NCBI GenBank assembly: GCA_007376385.1
Contig: VMGC01000002.1
Coordinates: 96,001 to 160,000, forward strand
Direction: 5' to 3'
Origin: Parcubacteria group bacterium Gr01-1014_8
GTDB lineage: Bacteria > Patescibacteriota > Minisyncoccia > Phycocordibacterales > UBA2100
DNA: 64,000 nucleotides
Position numbers and translations under genes: made by a program
In this document: one piece after another, positions 1 to 9,241 of the stretch
Layout: every line of letters starts with the position of its first letter
Position numbering within the stretch: position 1 is the first letter of the stretch
Notes under the pieces: generated by a model
What the model was told of the DNA's origin: nothing
Databases searched by the model: none
Seen by the model: the letters and a program-made list of their open reading frames with translations, nothing else

Positions 1-474
1 AATCGCGCAAAGACCGCACTTAAAGAGCGGCACGCACAAGAGGAAGCGAAACGCATCCTTTCAAAGATTCCGGATAATCGAGAGCTAAAGCAACTTTTAT
101 GTTGTTTAATATATTGGTGTGAAGGTGCAAAGCGCTATGGGAACATGGGTAATTTTTCTTTCACAAATTCTGATCCCGAGTTAATCTCGACGTTTCTTTC
201 ATTGCTGAGGGAATCGTTTGAATTGGATGAGGCAAAATTCAGGGTGTGTATGCATTTACACAGTTATCATGATGAGAAGAAGCAGTTGAAATTCTGGTCA
301 AAAATGACTAGTATTCCAACTGAGCTGTTCATTCGTTCATATCGCAAGAGGGAGAGCGGTATAAGTATCCGAAGTGGGTATCAAGGTTGTATTTCCATCC
401 GATATCACGATACTGCCTTTCTCCGTCAAATCTTGGCGATAGCGAGTGAATTTCTCAAGAAAAGGGGTCCATAG
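1..474 (+). CDS. 3' part of an ORF entering from upstream of the window; possible degenerate LAGLIDADG-type homing-endonuclease-like domain
   Basis: Frame 1 is open from nt 1 with no stop. Segment ..LLCCLIYWCEGAKRYGNMGNFSFTNSDPELISTFLSLLRESFEL.. resembles the LAGLIDADG motif plus downstream helix pattern. Stop overlaps the tRNA-Trp 5' end. Call by eye only. Confidence 0.3.
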   Translation, partial: NRAKTALKERHAQEEAKRILSKIPDNRELKQLLCCLIYWCEGAKRYGNMGNFSFTNSDPELISTFLSLLRESFELDEAKFRVCMHLHSYHDEKKQLKFWSKMTSIPTELFIRSYRKRESGISIRSGYQGCISIRYHDTAFLRQILAIASEFLKKRGP

Positions 475-535
475 TTCAGTGGTAGAATATCTCTCTCCAA
501 AAGAGCAGATCTAGGTTCGATTCCTAGTGGGCCCG
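465..535 (+). tRNA. tRNA-Trp (anticodon CCA)
   Basis: Hand-folded cloverleaf: acceptor GGGTCCA/TGGGCCC, D-arm GTTC..GAAT with GG in loop, anticodon loop CTCCAAA (U33, CCA, A37), T-arm CTAGG-TTCGATT-CCTAG, discriminator G. One 27:43 mismatch. Confidence 0.85.
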
Positions 536-556
536 AAACTGGTTTATAATGTTGCG

Positions 557-886
557 ATGACTGATAAAGCTCCAGTAGTCAGAGACTATTTAGATCTCGA
601 AAAGTTGCCGGATGGCTGGAAGAAGGCTCATGAGTATGTGGTGGAAAGACGATCTGAATTACAGAGAATTTACGACGAAGAGGGACAAGGTAAGATGTCT
701 GTGAATTTTGTTGACCAATTCCGCGAAACGCTTAAGGCAATGAGAAACGAACCTGCCTTTTCTTCTCTTAAAGATTATTTTGTTTACGAATCGAGAAGGG
801 GAAAACCGGTGATATATTCTTCCAAAATGCTTGAGATTGCATACGAAAGAACCTTACGCAATAGGTTTCCGCAAAGATATAGATAA
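557..886 (+). CDS. hypothetical protein
   Basis: Open frame with ATG just after the tRNA (track ORF 527..886 trimmed to first ATG outside the tRNA). No recognisable motif. Confidence 0.4.
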   Translation: MTDKAPVVRDYLDLEKLPDGWKKAHEYVVERRSELQRIYDEEGQGKMSVNFVDQFRETLKAMRNEPAFSSLKDYFVYESRRGKPVIYSSKMLEIAYERTLRNRFPQRYR

Positions 887-1056
887 GGGACTCTCTAATT
901 TTGATTCGCGAAATTTCGGACTTTAAAACACCTCTAACTTTCGCGTAATTCGATTTCAACATCGCGCGGAGAGGCGGGCAAACGCCCCCCTGGCCCCTGG
1001 CCGGGCAGGCACAAGGTCCAATCGACATATTTGGAGCAAGTGGCATAGTAATTGAT

Positions 1057-1479
1057 ATGCCGTCGGCGGAACGCAAACCAAAAGTACTGATGCTCGATGA
1101 TGAAAAGCTGCTACTTGATATCTATAAGCAGAAATTTGAAAAAGGGGGGTACGAGGTATCAATGTTCTACACTGCAGATGATGCACTCAATGCACTCCGA
1201 AATGGGTACGAGCCTGACGTAATTCTGTTCGATATCACCATTCCCAATAGCAGAAGCGGGTATGATTTTTTGGAAACGCTACAGAAGGACAAATTGAGCA
1301 AGCACAGTCTAAAAGTCGCCCTCTCCAACGAAGGCCAAGACGGAGAAAGAGCGCGCACTGCAGAACTCGGCGCAGACGCCCACTTACTCAAGGCTAATTT
1401 CATTCCGTCAGAACTGGTGACCGTAGTGGATGAGATGCTGCGCAAGAGGAAAAAATCATGGTGGAAGAAGCAACGTTAG
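1057..1479 (+). CDS. response-regulator receiver (CheY-like) domain protein
   Basis: VLMLDDE...ILFDITIP...KVALS pattern typical of REC domains; 140 aa, no output domain. Confidence 0.7.
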   Translation: MPSAERKPKVLMLDDEKLLLDIYKQKFEKGGYEVSMFYTADDALNALRNGYEPDVILFDITIPNSRSGYDFLETLQKDKLSKHSLKVALSNEGQDGERARTAELGADAHLLKANFIPSELVTVVDEMLRKRKKSWWKKQR

Positions 1480-1601
1480 ATTCCGCGGGGTGGCACGGCA
1501 ATCTCATTAAAAAATGCCAACATCGTCCCTCTGACCGGGCGGTCGCGGGGCACTCACGAATTTCTGGCCAAATGATGCCTGCATAGTATGATGCTGGCAC
1601 T

Positions 1602-2969
1602 ATGCATCTCTACGGCAATCAGACCGAGCTCGCGAAGAGGCATTTCAAAGTAGGTACCGAGCTCTGGCCGCGAGAGATGATAGAGGCGCAGGTGTTGATA
1701 AAAAAAGCCGCTGCCCAAACCAATACGGCGCTTGGGATCTTAGACAAGCGGGTTGCCGCATCTATTGAACGAGCTGCGGATGAAGTTCTTACAGGAAAAT
1801 TTGCAGACCAATTTCCACTCTCGATATGGCAAAGCGGCAGCGGCACGCAATTCAACATGAATGTGAACGAGGTGCTCGCGTCGCGAGCTACGCAGCTTCT
1901 CGGTAAAGGAGTCCTTCGGACACTCAAGGCGACACCTCAAAAGGGAGGAGTCGCCTTATCAGTTCATCCGAATGACCACATCAATTTGAGCCAGTCTACG
2001 AACGACTCCGTTCCAACAGCAATACACATTGCCGCGCTCTCGATGATAGTAGAAAAGCTTTTACCTGCCCTCGAAACACTCGAGAATTCGCTCGACAAAA
2101 AATCGAAGTCATTCAAAGGCATCATAAAAATCGGACGAACGCATTTGCAGGATGCAGTGCCGCTCACGCTCGGGCAGGAATTCTCCGGTTACGCGAGGCA
2201 AATTGAATTTGCGCGCGAGCATCTAGAAGCGGGAGGCAAGGGTTTATACGAGCTTGTGATAGGCGGGACTGCGCTGGGCACGGAACTAAATGCTCCAAAG
2301 GGATATCGCGCTCGAATAGTCAAGAATATCAACGTGCTCACTGGCATAAAATTCAAGCCGGCAAAAAATTTGTTCGCGAATATGGCTGCCCATGATGCCG
2401 TAGTCGCAACATCCGGCGCTCTAAAAATGGTTGCGACTGCGCTCATGAAAATAGCGAACGATGTACGATTCTTAGGAAGCGGCCCGCGAGCGGGACTCGG
2501 AGAGTTGGTATTGCCCGTGAATGAGCCAGGAAGCTCGATTATGCCCGGCAAAGTGAATCCGACTCAGAGCGAGATGGTGATGATGGTGTGCAGCCAGGTG
2601 TACGGAAATGACACCGCTATCGCGACAGGGGCAGCAACCATGTCGAACTTCGACATGCAGGCGGCGAAGCCGCTGTTTGCACTTTCGCTACTCCAATCTA
2701 TCCGATTGCTCGCTGACGCAACACATTCTTTCGAACATCATTGCATTCGCGGCATTTCAGCAAATAAGGAAAAATTGCGCGAAAACGCAGAGCGGTCATT
2801 GATGCTCGTTACACCTCTCAGTAAACACATAGGGTACGACAAGGCGGGTGAGATAGCCAAAAAAGCGCATAAGGAGAATACGACGCTCGAAGAAGCCGCT
2901 CTCGCGCTCGGGTACGTCACAAAGGAGCAATTTAGAAAGTGGGTCGATGTGAAGAAGATGCTCGGGTGA
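1602..2969 (+). CDS. fumC: fumarate hydratase class II
   Basis: LSIWQSGSGTQFNMNVNEVLASRA and GSSIMPGKVNPTQSE (fumarase/aspartase signature); 455 aa. Confidence 0.9.
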   Translation: MHLYGNQTELAKRHFKVGTELWPREMIEAQVLIKKAAAQTNTALGILDKRVAASIERAADEVLTGKFADQFPLSIWQSGSGTQFNMNVNEVLASRATQLLGKGVLRTLKATPQKGGVALSVHPNDHINLSQSTNDSVPTAIHIAALSMIVEKLLPALETLENSLDKKSKSFKGIIKIGRTHLQDAVPLTLGQEFSGYARQIEFAREHLEAGGKGLYELVIGGTALGTELNAPKGYRARIVKNINVLTGIKFKPAKNLFANMAAHDAVVATSGALKMVATALMKIANDVRFLGSGPRAGLGELVLPVNEPGSSIMPGKVNPTQSEMVMMVCSQVYGNDTAIATGAATMSNFDMQAAKPLFALSLLQSIRLLADATHSFEHHCIRGISANKEKLRENAERSLMLVTPLSKHIGYDKAGEIAKKAHKENTTLEEAALALGYVTKEQFRKWVDVKKMLG

Positions 2970-2971
2970 AT

Positions 2972-3838
2972 CTATGCCAAGGGAACAGCATCAGAGATGT
3001 CTTTCTGATCTGGAAATTCCAGCCGTAGTCGTTCGATATCTTCTGTGTCCATTTCCCACTCAATAGCTCCAAGATTTTCTTTTAGATGATCAATATTTGA
3101 AGACTTCGCCAACGTTACGACGTTCTTCTGAGAAATCAGCCAATTAATGGCGATTTGGGCGGGAGTCTTTTTATATTTATCGCACATTTCAATTAAGACT
3201 TGCGGTGCATCAGCTAGAAGCGCGCCCTTTTCAAGAGGTCGCCATGCCGCAAGAAAAACATCATTCTTTTGACAGTAGTCTAGAAGTCCCTCTCGTTCTG
3301 GCTCACGAAATTCGAGGTTGTAATGGACTTGGTTGTATACGATCGGATTTGTGGCGCAACGTCGGGATTCTTCGAGAGCGGCTGTGTTGAAATTTGAAAC
3401 ACCCAGGTTCCTAATAAGTTCCCGGTTTTTCAGCTCATCCATCGCTGCCATTGTTTCTGACAGTAGAACATTGGGGACGTGCCGGTGCAAAATGTATAGG
3501 TCAAAATAATCTGTTCCGACTCTTGCAAGACTCGCTGTGCAGGCGTTGATGAGCGCATCGTGCTCCATGTGATCTGCAAAGACTTTTGAGGCTATGAATA
3601 ATTTCGAGCGATCGTATCCGCGTATCGCTTTGCCTACAAGTTCTTCAGCGTGGCCGGAGGCATATACTTCGGCTGTGTCGATGTGGGTAACTCCCATATC
3701 TATCGCAGCGCGGATGGCGGCGATGTCCGTGGCGTCATTGGTGGTATTGCGGTCATGTCTGCCTCCCATTTGCCATGTGCCTATGCCGAAAACAGGCATA
3801 GAAAAGCCGTTGATCAATGTTTTCTGTGGAATTTCCAT
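2972..3838 (-). CDS. aldo/keto reductase family oxidoreductase
   Basis: [13 protein letters not shown]...[19 protein letters not shown]...LYILH motifs of the AKR superfamily. Confidence 0.85.
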   Translation of the reverse strand: MEIPQKTLINGFSMPVFGIGTWQMGGRHDRNTTNDATDIAAIRAAIDMGVTHIDTAEVYASGHAEELVGKAIRGYDRSKLFIASKVFADHMEHDALINACTASLARVGTDYFDLYILHRHVPNVLLSETMAAMDELKNRELIRNLGVSNFNTAALEESRRCATNPIVYNQVHYNLEFREPEREGLLDYCQKNDVFLAAWRPLEKGALLADAPQVLIEMCDKYKKTPAQIAINWLISQKNVVTLAKSSNIDHLKENLGAIEWEMDTEDIERLRLEFPDQKDISDAVPLA

Positions 3839-3873
3839 GCGATAGATTATACTGTACCTATCATTTTTTCCGC

Positions 3874-5160
3874 ATGAAGATCCACACTATACAGGCGCGA
3901 GAGATATTGGATTCACGGGGGAATCCGACAGTGGAAGCGGATGTGTATTTGGACGATGGAACAATGGGGCGTGCAGCGGTGCCGTCAGGAGCGTCTACGG
4001 GTGCACACGAAGCGCATGAACTTCGCGACGGAGATAAAAAACGTTATGGAGGGAAAGGCATTCTGAAGGTGGTTACGAATATAAAAGGAGAAATTTCTAA
4101 GGCGCTCATCGGCAAAAAAGCGGAACAGCGAGATATAGATAATGCTCTCATCAAACTTGATGGCACCGAAAATAAAAAGAGGCTTGGAGCAAATGCCATT
4201 CTTGCAGTCTCGCTCGCAACTGCTCACGCAGTCGCTCGCTCAAAGAAACAACACTTGTTCGAATATGTCCATGCTCTTTCTTCATCTCCTCGCAACATGG
4301 TGCTTCCTGTACCCCAGTGCAACGTGGTGAATGGTGGTGCGCACACAAACTGGGAATCGACCGACATACAGGAATTTATGCTCATGCCTATCGGGGCAAA
4401 GACCTTTCGTGAAGGTCTGCGGGCAATTACCGAAGTTTTCCACACACTAAAAGGTGTGTTGAAGGAAAAAGGCTACGGAACTACAGTGGGCGACGAAGGA
4501 GGCTTCGCACCAAAATTGAAAGGAAATGAGGAAGCGCTTACACTCATTGAAGAGGCAACTAAAAAAGCTGGTTACGCGCTCGGAAAAGATATAGTGTTCG
4601 CACTCGACTGTGCGGCGTCCGAACTTTTTGAAAATGGTTCCTATAAACTTCCGAAAGAGGGAAAAACCCTATCTTCCGCTGAAATGGCGGCATGGTATGG
4701 CGCGCTAAAAAAGAAGTACCCGATTGTTTCTATCGAAGACGGACTTGCGGAAGACGATTGGGACGGTTGGAAAAAACTCACTTCGTCGCTCGGAAAGAAT
4801 ACTCAGCTTGTTGGCGACGATTTGCTCGTAACGAACGTAAAATTTCTCGAGCGCGGTATCAAAGAAAAAGCTGCGAACTCGATACTGATCAAAGTGAATC
4901 AGATCGGTACGCTGTCAGAAACTGTTGATGCCGTAGATATGGCTCATAAAGCAGGCTGGACAGCCGTTATTTCCCATCGCTCGGGTGAGACGGAAGACAC
5001 AAGCATTTCGCATATTGTCGTCGGGCTTGGCACAGGACAGATAAAGACCGGCTCTGTCTCTCGCTCGGACAGAACCGCAAAATATAACGAGTTGCTCCGA
5101 ATTGAGGAAATCCTCGGTAAAAAAGCCATGTATGCTGGAGAAAAAGCCCTGAGATCATGA
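3874..5160 (+). CDS. eno: enolase (phosphopyruvate hydratase)
   Basis: [24 protein letters not shown]...[10 protein letters not shown]; start moved to internal MKIHT relative to track ORF 3817. Confidence 0.95.
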   Translation: MKIHTIQAREILDSRGNPTVEADVYLDDGTMGRAAVPSGASTGAHEAHELRDGDKKRYGGKGILKVVTNIKGEISKALIGKKAEQRDIDNALIKLDGTENKKRLGANAILAVSLATAHAVARSKKQHLFEYVHALSSSPRNMVLPVPQCNVVNGGAHTNWESTDIQEFMLMPIGAKTFREGLRAITEVFHTLKGVLKEKGYGTTVGDEGGFAPKLKGNEEALTLIEEATKKAGYALGKDIVFALDCAASELFENGSYKLPKEGKTLSSAEMAAWYGALKKKYPIVSIEDGLAEDDWDGWKKLTSSLGKNTQLVGDDLLVTNVKFLERGIKEKAANSILIKVNQIGTLSETVDAVDMAHKAGWTAVISHRSGETEDTSISHIVVGLGTGQIKTGSVSRSDRTAKYNELLRIEEILGKKAMYAGEKALRS

Positions 5161-6671
5161 GCAGGAGAATAAAGCCGCTTGTATTGGTGGTGCTCGACGG
5201 CTGGGGGTATCGCGAAGACCCGGAACATAACGCAATTGCTGAAGCCAAGATCCCTTTCTTTGATTCGCTTTGGAAAAAGTATCCGCATAGTTTACTGACT
5301 GCGAGCGAGGAAAGCGTAGGACTCCCGGTAGGGCAGATGGGTAATAGCGAGGTGGGGCACATGACCATTGGTGCCGGCAAGGTCATTGATACGGATCTCG
5401 TGCGAATTACAAAAGCGATGCGAGGCGGAGAGTTCAGAGGCAATTCCGCGTTCAATGGATTGTTCCAGCACTGCCTGAGGCATAATTCGACACTGCATGT
5501 CATAGGGTTGGTGTCGACTGGGGGAGTGCATAGTCACATCGAGCATCTTTACGGGTTTCTGCGGGCTGCTAAGGACGCAGGCGTGAGCAATGTGGCGATT
5601 CACGCCATTACTGACGGGCGCGATACTCTGCCGAGAAGCGGCGCAGACTATCTTGTAGACCTCGAGAAAAATCTGAAAGAAATCGGCGTAGGCCGTATTG
5701 CCACGGTCTGCGGTCGCTTTTTCGCTATGGATAGAGATCAGAATTGGGACAGACTCGCACGGGCCGAAGCGGCAATGTTCAAGGGCGCTGCCCCGATGCG
5801 GACATCAAGGCCGTCAGATTTCCTTCGGGCACGCTATGCGGAGGGTACAATAGATGAGTTGCTGGAACCAATCGTCTGTACGGATCTTGAAGGCGGAGCG
5901 TGCACAATTCAAAAAAATGACGGGGTATTTATGTACAACTTCCGGGCAGATCGCGCGAGAATGTTGTCGAAGCGTATTGCGTCAATGTGCGATAAGGACA
6001 ACGTATTTCTCGTTACGATGACTGAATACGACAAGAATGTGAAAACCAATGTCGCATATCCTCCTGTCACCATAACAACTACGCTTGCGGCGGAGATATC
6101 GAAGGCGGGACTTTCTCAAGTGCACATTGCAGAAACGGAAAAATATGCGCATGCAACGTACTTTTTGAACGGCGGTCAGGAAAAACCCCATGATGGAGAG
6201 GAGCATGTACTCATAGAGAGCCGCAAAGACATAGCAACCCATGACATGGCACCGGAGATGCGTGCACGCGAAATAACTGATGCCGCGATAGAACGGATAC
6301 AAAAAGGCGTCGATTTTGTATTCATCAATTACGCAAACGTGGACATGGTGGGGCACACTGCAAACACAAAAGCAATAGTGAAGGCAGTCGAGACAGTCGA
6401 TTCAGAACTTAAAAGACTCGTTGAATCAGTACAGGGGGCAGGCGGCGCAGTATTTGTAACGGCAGATCACGGGAATGCAGAACAAAACTTTGATGTTGCA
6501 ACAGGCGAGAAGCATACAGCACACACCCTAAATGTTGTCCCGGCAATCCTCACAATTGACCGAGGCTTGCTTCGAGACGGGGGTCTTGCTGATGTGACGC
6601 CCACCATTCTTTCGCTCTTTGGATTGCACGTACCTAAAGTAATGACTGGTCAGAATCTCTACAGAAGTTAA
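5157..6671 (+). CDS. gpmI: 2,3-bisphosphoglycerate-independent phosphoglycerate mutase
   Basis: [10 protein letters not shown]...[15 protein letters not shown]... iPGM family; ATGA overlap with eno. Confidence 0.9.
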   Translation: MSRRIKPLVLVVLDGWGYREDPEHNAIAEAKIPFFDSLWKKYPHSLLTASEESVGLPVGQMGNSEVGHMTIGAGKVIDTDLVRITKAMRGGEFRGNSAFNGLFQHCLRHNSTLHVIGLVSTGGVHSHIEHLYGFLRAAKDAGVSNVAIHAITDGRDTLPRSGADYLVDLEKNLKEIGVGRIATVCGRFFAMDRDQNWDRLARAEAAMFKGAAPMRTSRPSDFLRARYAEGTIDELLEPIVCTDLEGGACTIQKNDGVFMYNFRADRARMLSKRIASMCDKDNVFLVTMTEYDKNVKTNVAYPPVTITTTLAAEISKAGLSQVHIAETEKYAHATYFLNGGQEKPHDGEEHVLIESRKDIATHDMAPEMRAREITDAAIERIQKGVDFVFINYANVDMVGHTANTKAIVKAVETVDSELKRLVESVQGAGGAVFVTADHGNAEQNFDVATGEKHTAHTLNVVPAILTIDRGLLRDGGLADVTPTILSLFGLHVPKVMTGQNLYRS

Positions 6672-7528
6672 TAGTCTTTTGCCACAGATATCCATCGGAT
6701 TGCCGTATTTCGTCGCCAGTACGTCATTTGTCGCTTCGCGTAATGCCAGATGTCGCGTTCAAGTTCCTCTGCCATTTGTTTTTTCGTTACATCGCCTTGC
6801 AAGTACTGCGAAAGGTGACGATATTCCAGCCCTAGTTCGTGCATACGTTTCCACGATACTCCTTGTGAATGCAACCGTTTTACTTCAGTTATCATTCCTT
6901 GTTTCATTCGCGCCAGAAGTCGCTTGTGTATCTTTGCGCGGAGCACTGTGTTTCCCGGGTTAAGGCCGATCCATTCGATGTCATAGGGAAGCGGTTTTAT
7001 TCTCGCCGCTGGTACTTTTCCCAACTTTTTCGCGATCTCGATGGCACGGACGAGTCTTACCGGATTGTGCTTGTCTATCGAGAGTGCGCGCTTCGGGTCC
7101 ATAATTTTGAGCATTGCGTATAACTGTGACGCCGATTTTTTCGCTAGCTTTGAACGCAGCGCGGGGTCCGCAGGGACATTCGGGAGACTGATCCTCCCCA
7201 ACAGCGCGTCTATGTAAAAGCCTGTTCCTCCGCACACTATCGGCACCTTGCCTCGTGCCAGAATGTCATTAATGGCGTCACGACCTTTCTTTTGGAGATC
7301 GCTTGCCGTAAATACTTTTTTGGGGGAAGAGACATCAAGCAAATGATGTCGAATTCCCTTCATCTCGCGTTTTGTTATTTTGCCTGAACCGATATCGAGA
7401 CCTGTATAGACTTGCCGAGAATCTGCTGAAATTACCTCTCCATCAATTTTTCGTGCAAGTTCCACGGCAAACGCACTCTTTCCCGAAGAGGTCGGACCAA
7501 CGATGGCAAAAACCTTTGGCTGACTCAT
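6668..7528 (-). CDS. miaA: tRNA dimethylallyltransferase
   Basis: VFAIVGPTSSGKSAFAVELA...ISADSRQVYTGLDIGSGK; start taken at MSQPKV. The alternative ATG at 7549 lies inside the upstream 16-nt motif. Confidence 0.85.
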   Translation of the reverse strand: MSQPKVFAIVGPTSSGKSAFAVELARKIDGEVISADSRQVYTGLDIGSGKITKREMKGIRHHLLDVSSPKKVFTASDLQKKGRDAINDILARGKVPIVCGGTGFYIDALLGRISLPNVPADPALRSKLAKKSASQLYAMLKIMDPKRALSIDKHNPVRLVRAIEIAKKLGKVPAARIKPLPYDIEWIGLNPGNTVLRAKIHKRLLARMKQGMITEVKRLHSQGVSWKRMHELGLEYRHLSQYLQGDVTKKQMAEELERDIWHYAKRQMTYWRRNTAIRWISVAKDY

Positions 7529-7539
7529 GCGAGGCACTA

Positions 7540-7646
7540 TATACCCCATGAGATAGTATCGACAATATTATTTCTGAGTCGATATATATTTTGGCCATGC
7601 TGTTATTTCGGTGGAAAGATGGAAAGTGTTTATCTCACGGGGTAGA
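7540..7646. promoter_or_regulatory. inverted pair of 16-nt motif (TATACCCCATGAGATA at 7540-7555; TATCTCACGGGGTAGA at 7631-7646) between divergent miaA and DCC genes
   Basis: Exact or near-exact copies of the motif recur at 3 other intergenic sites; each copy faces the adjacent gene. Confidence 0.6.
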
Positions 7647-7654
7647 CTACAGAT

Positions 7655-8035
7655 ATGGATAATAAGAAAATCGATATTTATTACGATGGTAGCTGTCCTA
7701 TGTGCACTGTCTTCGCGGATACTGTCGCGGATTCTTCAAAGGGTCAGACATTTGAGAATCAGGATGTTACAAAAGGAAAATTGCCTGACGGTGCGACATT
7801 TCAGCAAGTATGGAGGGAAATGTATGTCGTTGAAGATGGGAAGCAATATAAAGGCGCAAACGCGGTTCTTCGTGTTCTTGCGGAATATCCTCACTGGCGA
7901 TGGTTCGCGCGGTTTGGGATGCTACCCGGCATCAACAAAATAGCGCATCTGGTCTATCGCATCGTTGCAGCGAACAGACATCGCATTCCATGGCGCCGAA
8001 AGAAGGTCGAAACTAGTGCCGGAAGAGAGACTTGA
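7655..8035 (+). CDS. DCC-family thiol-disulfide oxidoreductase (DUF393)
   Basis: IYYDGSCPMCT CxxC motif near the N-terminus, ~120 aa. The 3' end of the ORF runs 19 nt into the tRNA-Leu gene on the opposite strand. Confidence 0.6.
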   Translation: MDNKKIDIYYDGSCPMCTVFADTVADSSKGQTFENQDVTKGKLPDGATFQQVWREMYVVEDGKQYKGANAVLRVLAEYPHWRWFARFGMLPGINKIAHLVYRIVAANRHRIPWRRKKVETSAGRET

Positions 8036-8099
8036 ACTCTCAAGGGGTTGCCCCCGAACGATTTTGAGTCGTTTGCGTATACCATTTCGCCATTCCGGC
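8017..8099 (-). tRNA. tRNA-Leu (anticodon CAA), class II with long variable arm
   Basis: Reverse complement folds as acceptor GCCGGAA/TTCCGGC, anticodon loop CTCAAAA, 15-nt variable arm GGGGG..CCCC, T-arm GAGAG-TTCAAGT-CTCTC, discriminator A; 83 nt. Confidence 0.85.
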
Positions 8100-8154
8100 A
8101 ATCTTGGCAAGTGTACAGTCCTTTCGGATTTAATTCAAAACCTGCGGTGATATA

Positions 8155-9153
8155 ATGCTTCTCATGGACGATTTCAAAGACAAGGCATATTTCAGCGACT
8201 CTATCTATTGGGTCGAAGTGGACCGCATAAAACCAAATCCATTCCAGCCTCGCAAAGAATTTGATGAGACGGCACTTGCGTCTCTTGCCGAATCTGTCCG
8301 TCAGTATGGCATTTTGCAGCCGCTTGTCGTAACACGAAAAGAGATCGAACGCCCCGGCGAAGGCATTTTCGTTGAATACGAGCTTATAGCTGGCGAGCGG
8401 CGACTGCGTGCGGCTAAACTTGCGGGACTCATTCAAGTGCCCGTGGTTGTAAGGCGTGCAGAAGACAGCGACAGAATGAAGCTTGAGCTCGCCATTATCG
8501 AGAATCTTCAGCGAGAAGACCTAAACGCGATAGATAGGGCAAAGGCGTTCAAACGGCTCGTAGACGAATTTGGTTTAAAGCACGGCGAGATAGGGAAGCG
8601 CGTCGGGAAAAGCCGGGAATACGTATCAAACACGCTTCGAATTCTTTCACTGCCGCAGGAGATGCAGGACGCGCTTCAGGCAGGTGAGATTACAGAGGGT
8701 CACACGAGACCTCTGTTGATGTTGATAGACAGACCAGAAGAACAGCGGACACTGTTCAAAGAAATAATCGCGCGCCGGCTGACCGTCCGCGACACGGAAC
8801 AATTAGCACGAAGAGTGGCCATAGAAAAGGTGCGGAAAACAGATCAGCTTTCGCCGGATCTCATGAACCTGGAGCGTCAGTTGACCGAACGATTGGGAAC
8901 GCGCGTACGTATCGAGAAAAAAGAACAAGGGGGAAAAGTCACGATAGATTTTTTCTCACCGGAAGACCTGGCGCATTTGTGTTTGGTCCTGGCGTCCCAA
9001 GAAAGAACGAAGGAAAAAGAAGAAAAAGAAACAGACATGCCAGAAGCGAGTGCAAAACCAGGTACACTGGCACAGACAGCTGAACCGGTCGTTACACACT
9101 CTACAGAAAGCCCGCCAGAAGATCTCTACTCAGTGAAAAACTTCACCGTTTAA
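8155..9153 (+). CDS. parB: ParB/Spo0J chromosome-partitioning protein
   Basis: IKPNPFQPRKEFDE...GILQPLVV...GERRLRAAKLAG. The true start is probably ATG 8164 (MDDFKDK), 7 nt after a TATAAT at 8151-8156. Confidence 0.85.
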   Translation: MLLMDDFKDKAYFSDSIYWVEVDRIKPNPFQPRKEFDETALASLAESVRQYGILQPLVVTRKEIERPGEGIFVEYELIAGERRLRAAKLAGLIQVPVVVRRAEDSDRMKLELAIIENLQREDLNAIDRAKAFKRLVDEFGLKHGEIGKRVGKSREYVSNTLRILSLPQEMQDALQAGEITEGHTRPLLMLIDRPEEQRTLFKEIIARRLTVRDTEQLARRVAIEKVRKTDQLSPDLMNLERQLTERLGTRVRIEKKEQGGKVTIDFFSPEDLAHLCLVLASQERTKEKEEKETDMPEASAKPGTLAQTAEPVVTHSTESPPEDLYSVKNFTV

Positions 9154-9179
9154 TATTGTTTTGCGGTCTTCATAAGGAA

Positions 9180-9213
9180 TACCATAATGGTGCCGGTCGG
9201 CACCATTATGGTA
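9180..9213. terminator. perfect 15-bp palindrome hairpin between convergent parB and rel (putative bidirectional terminator)
   Basis: TACCATAATGGTGCC-GGTC-GGCACCATTATGGTA. Confidence 0.5.
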
Positions 9214-9241
9214 CGAGTATAAAAAACGGCGTCACGATCAG

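Noticed and set aside
894-1056. GC-rich palindromic stretch (GGCGGGCAAACGCCCCCC, CCTGGCCCCTGGCCGGGCAGG) upstream of the response regulator
   Set aside because: The stems are imperfect with no recurrence elsewhere in the window. It is likely just a local promoter or terminator region.
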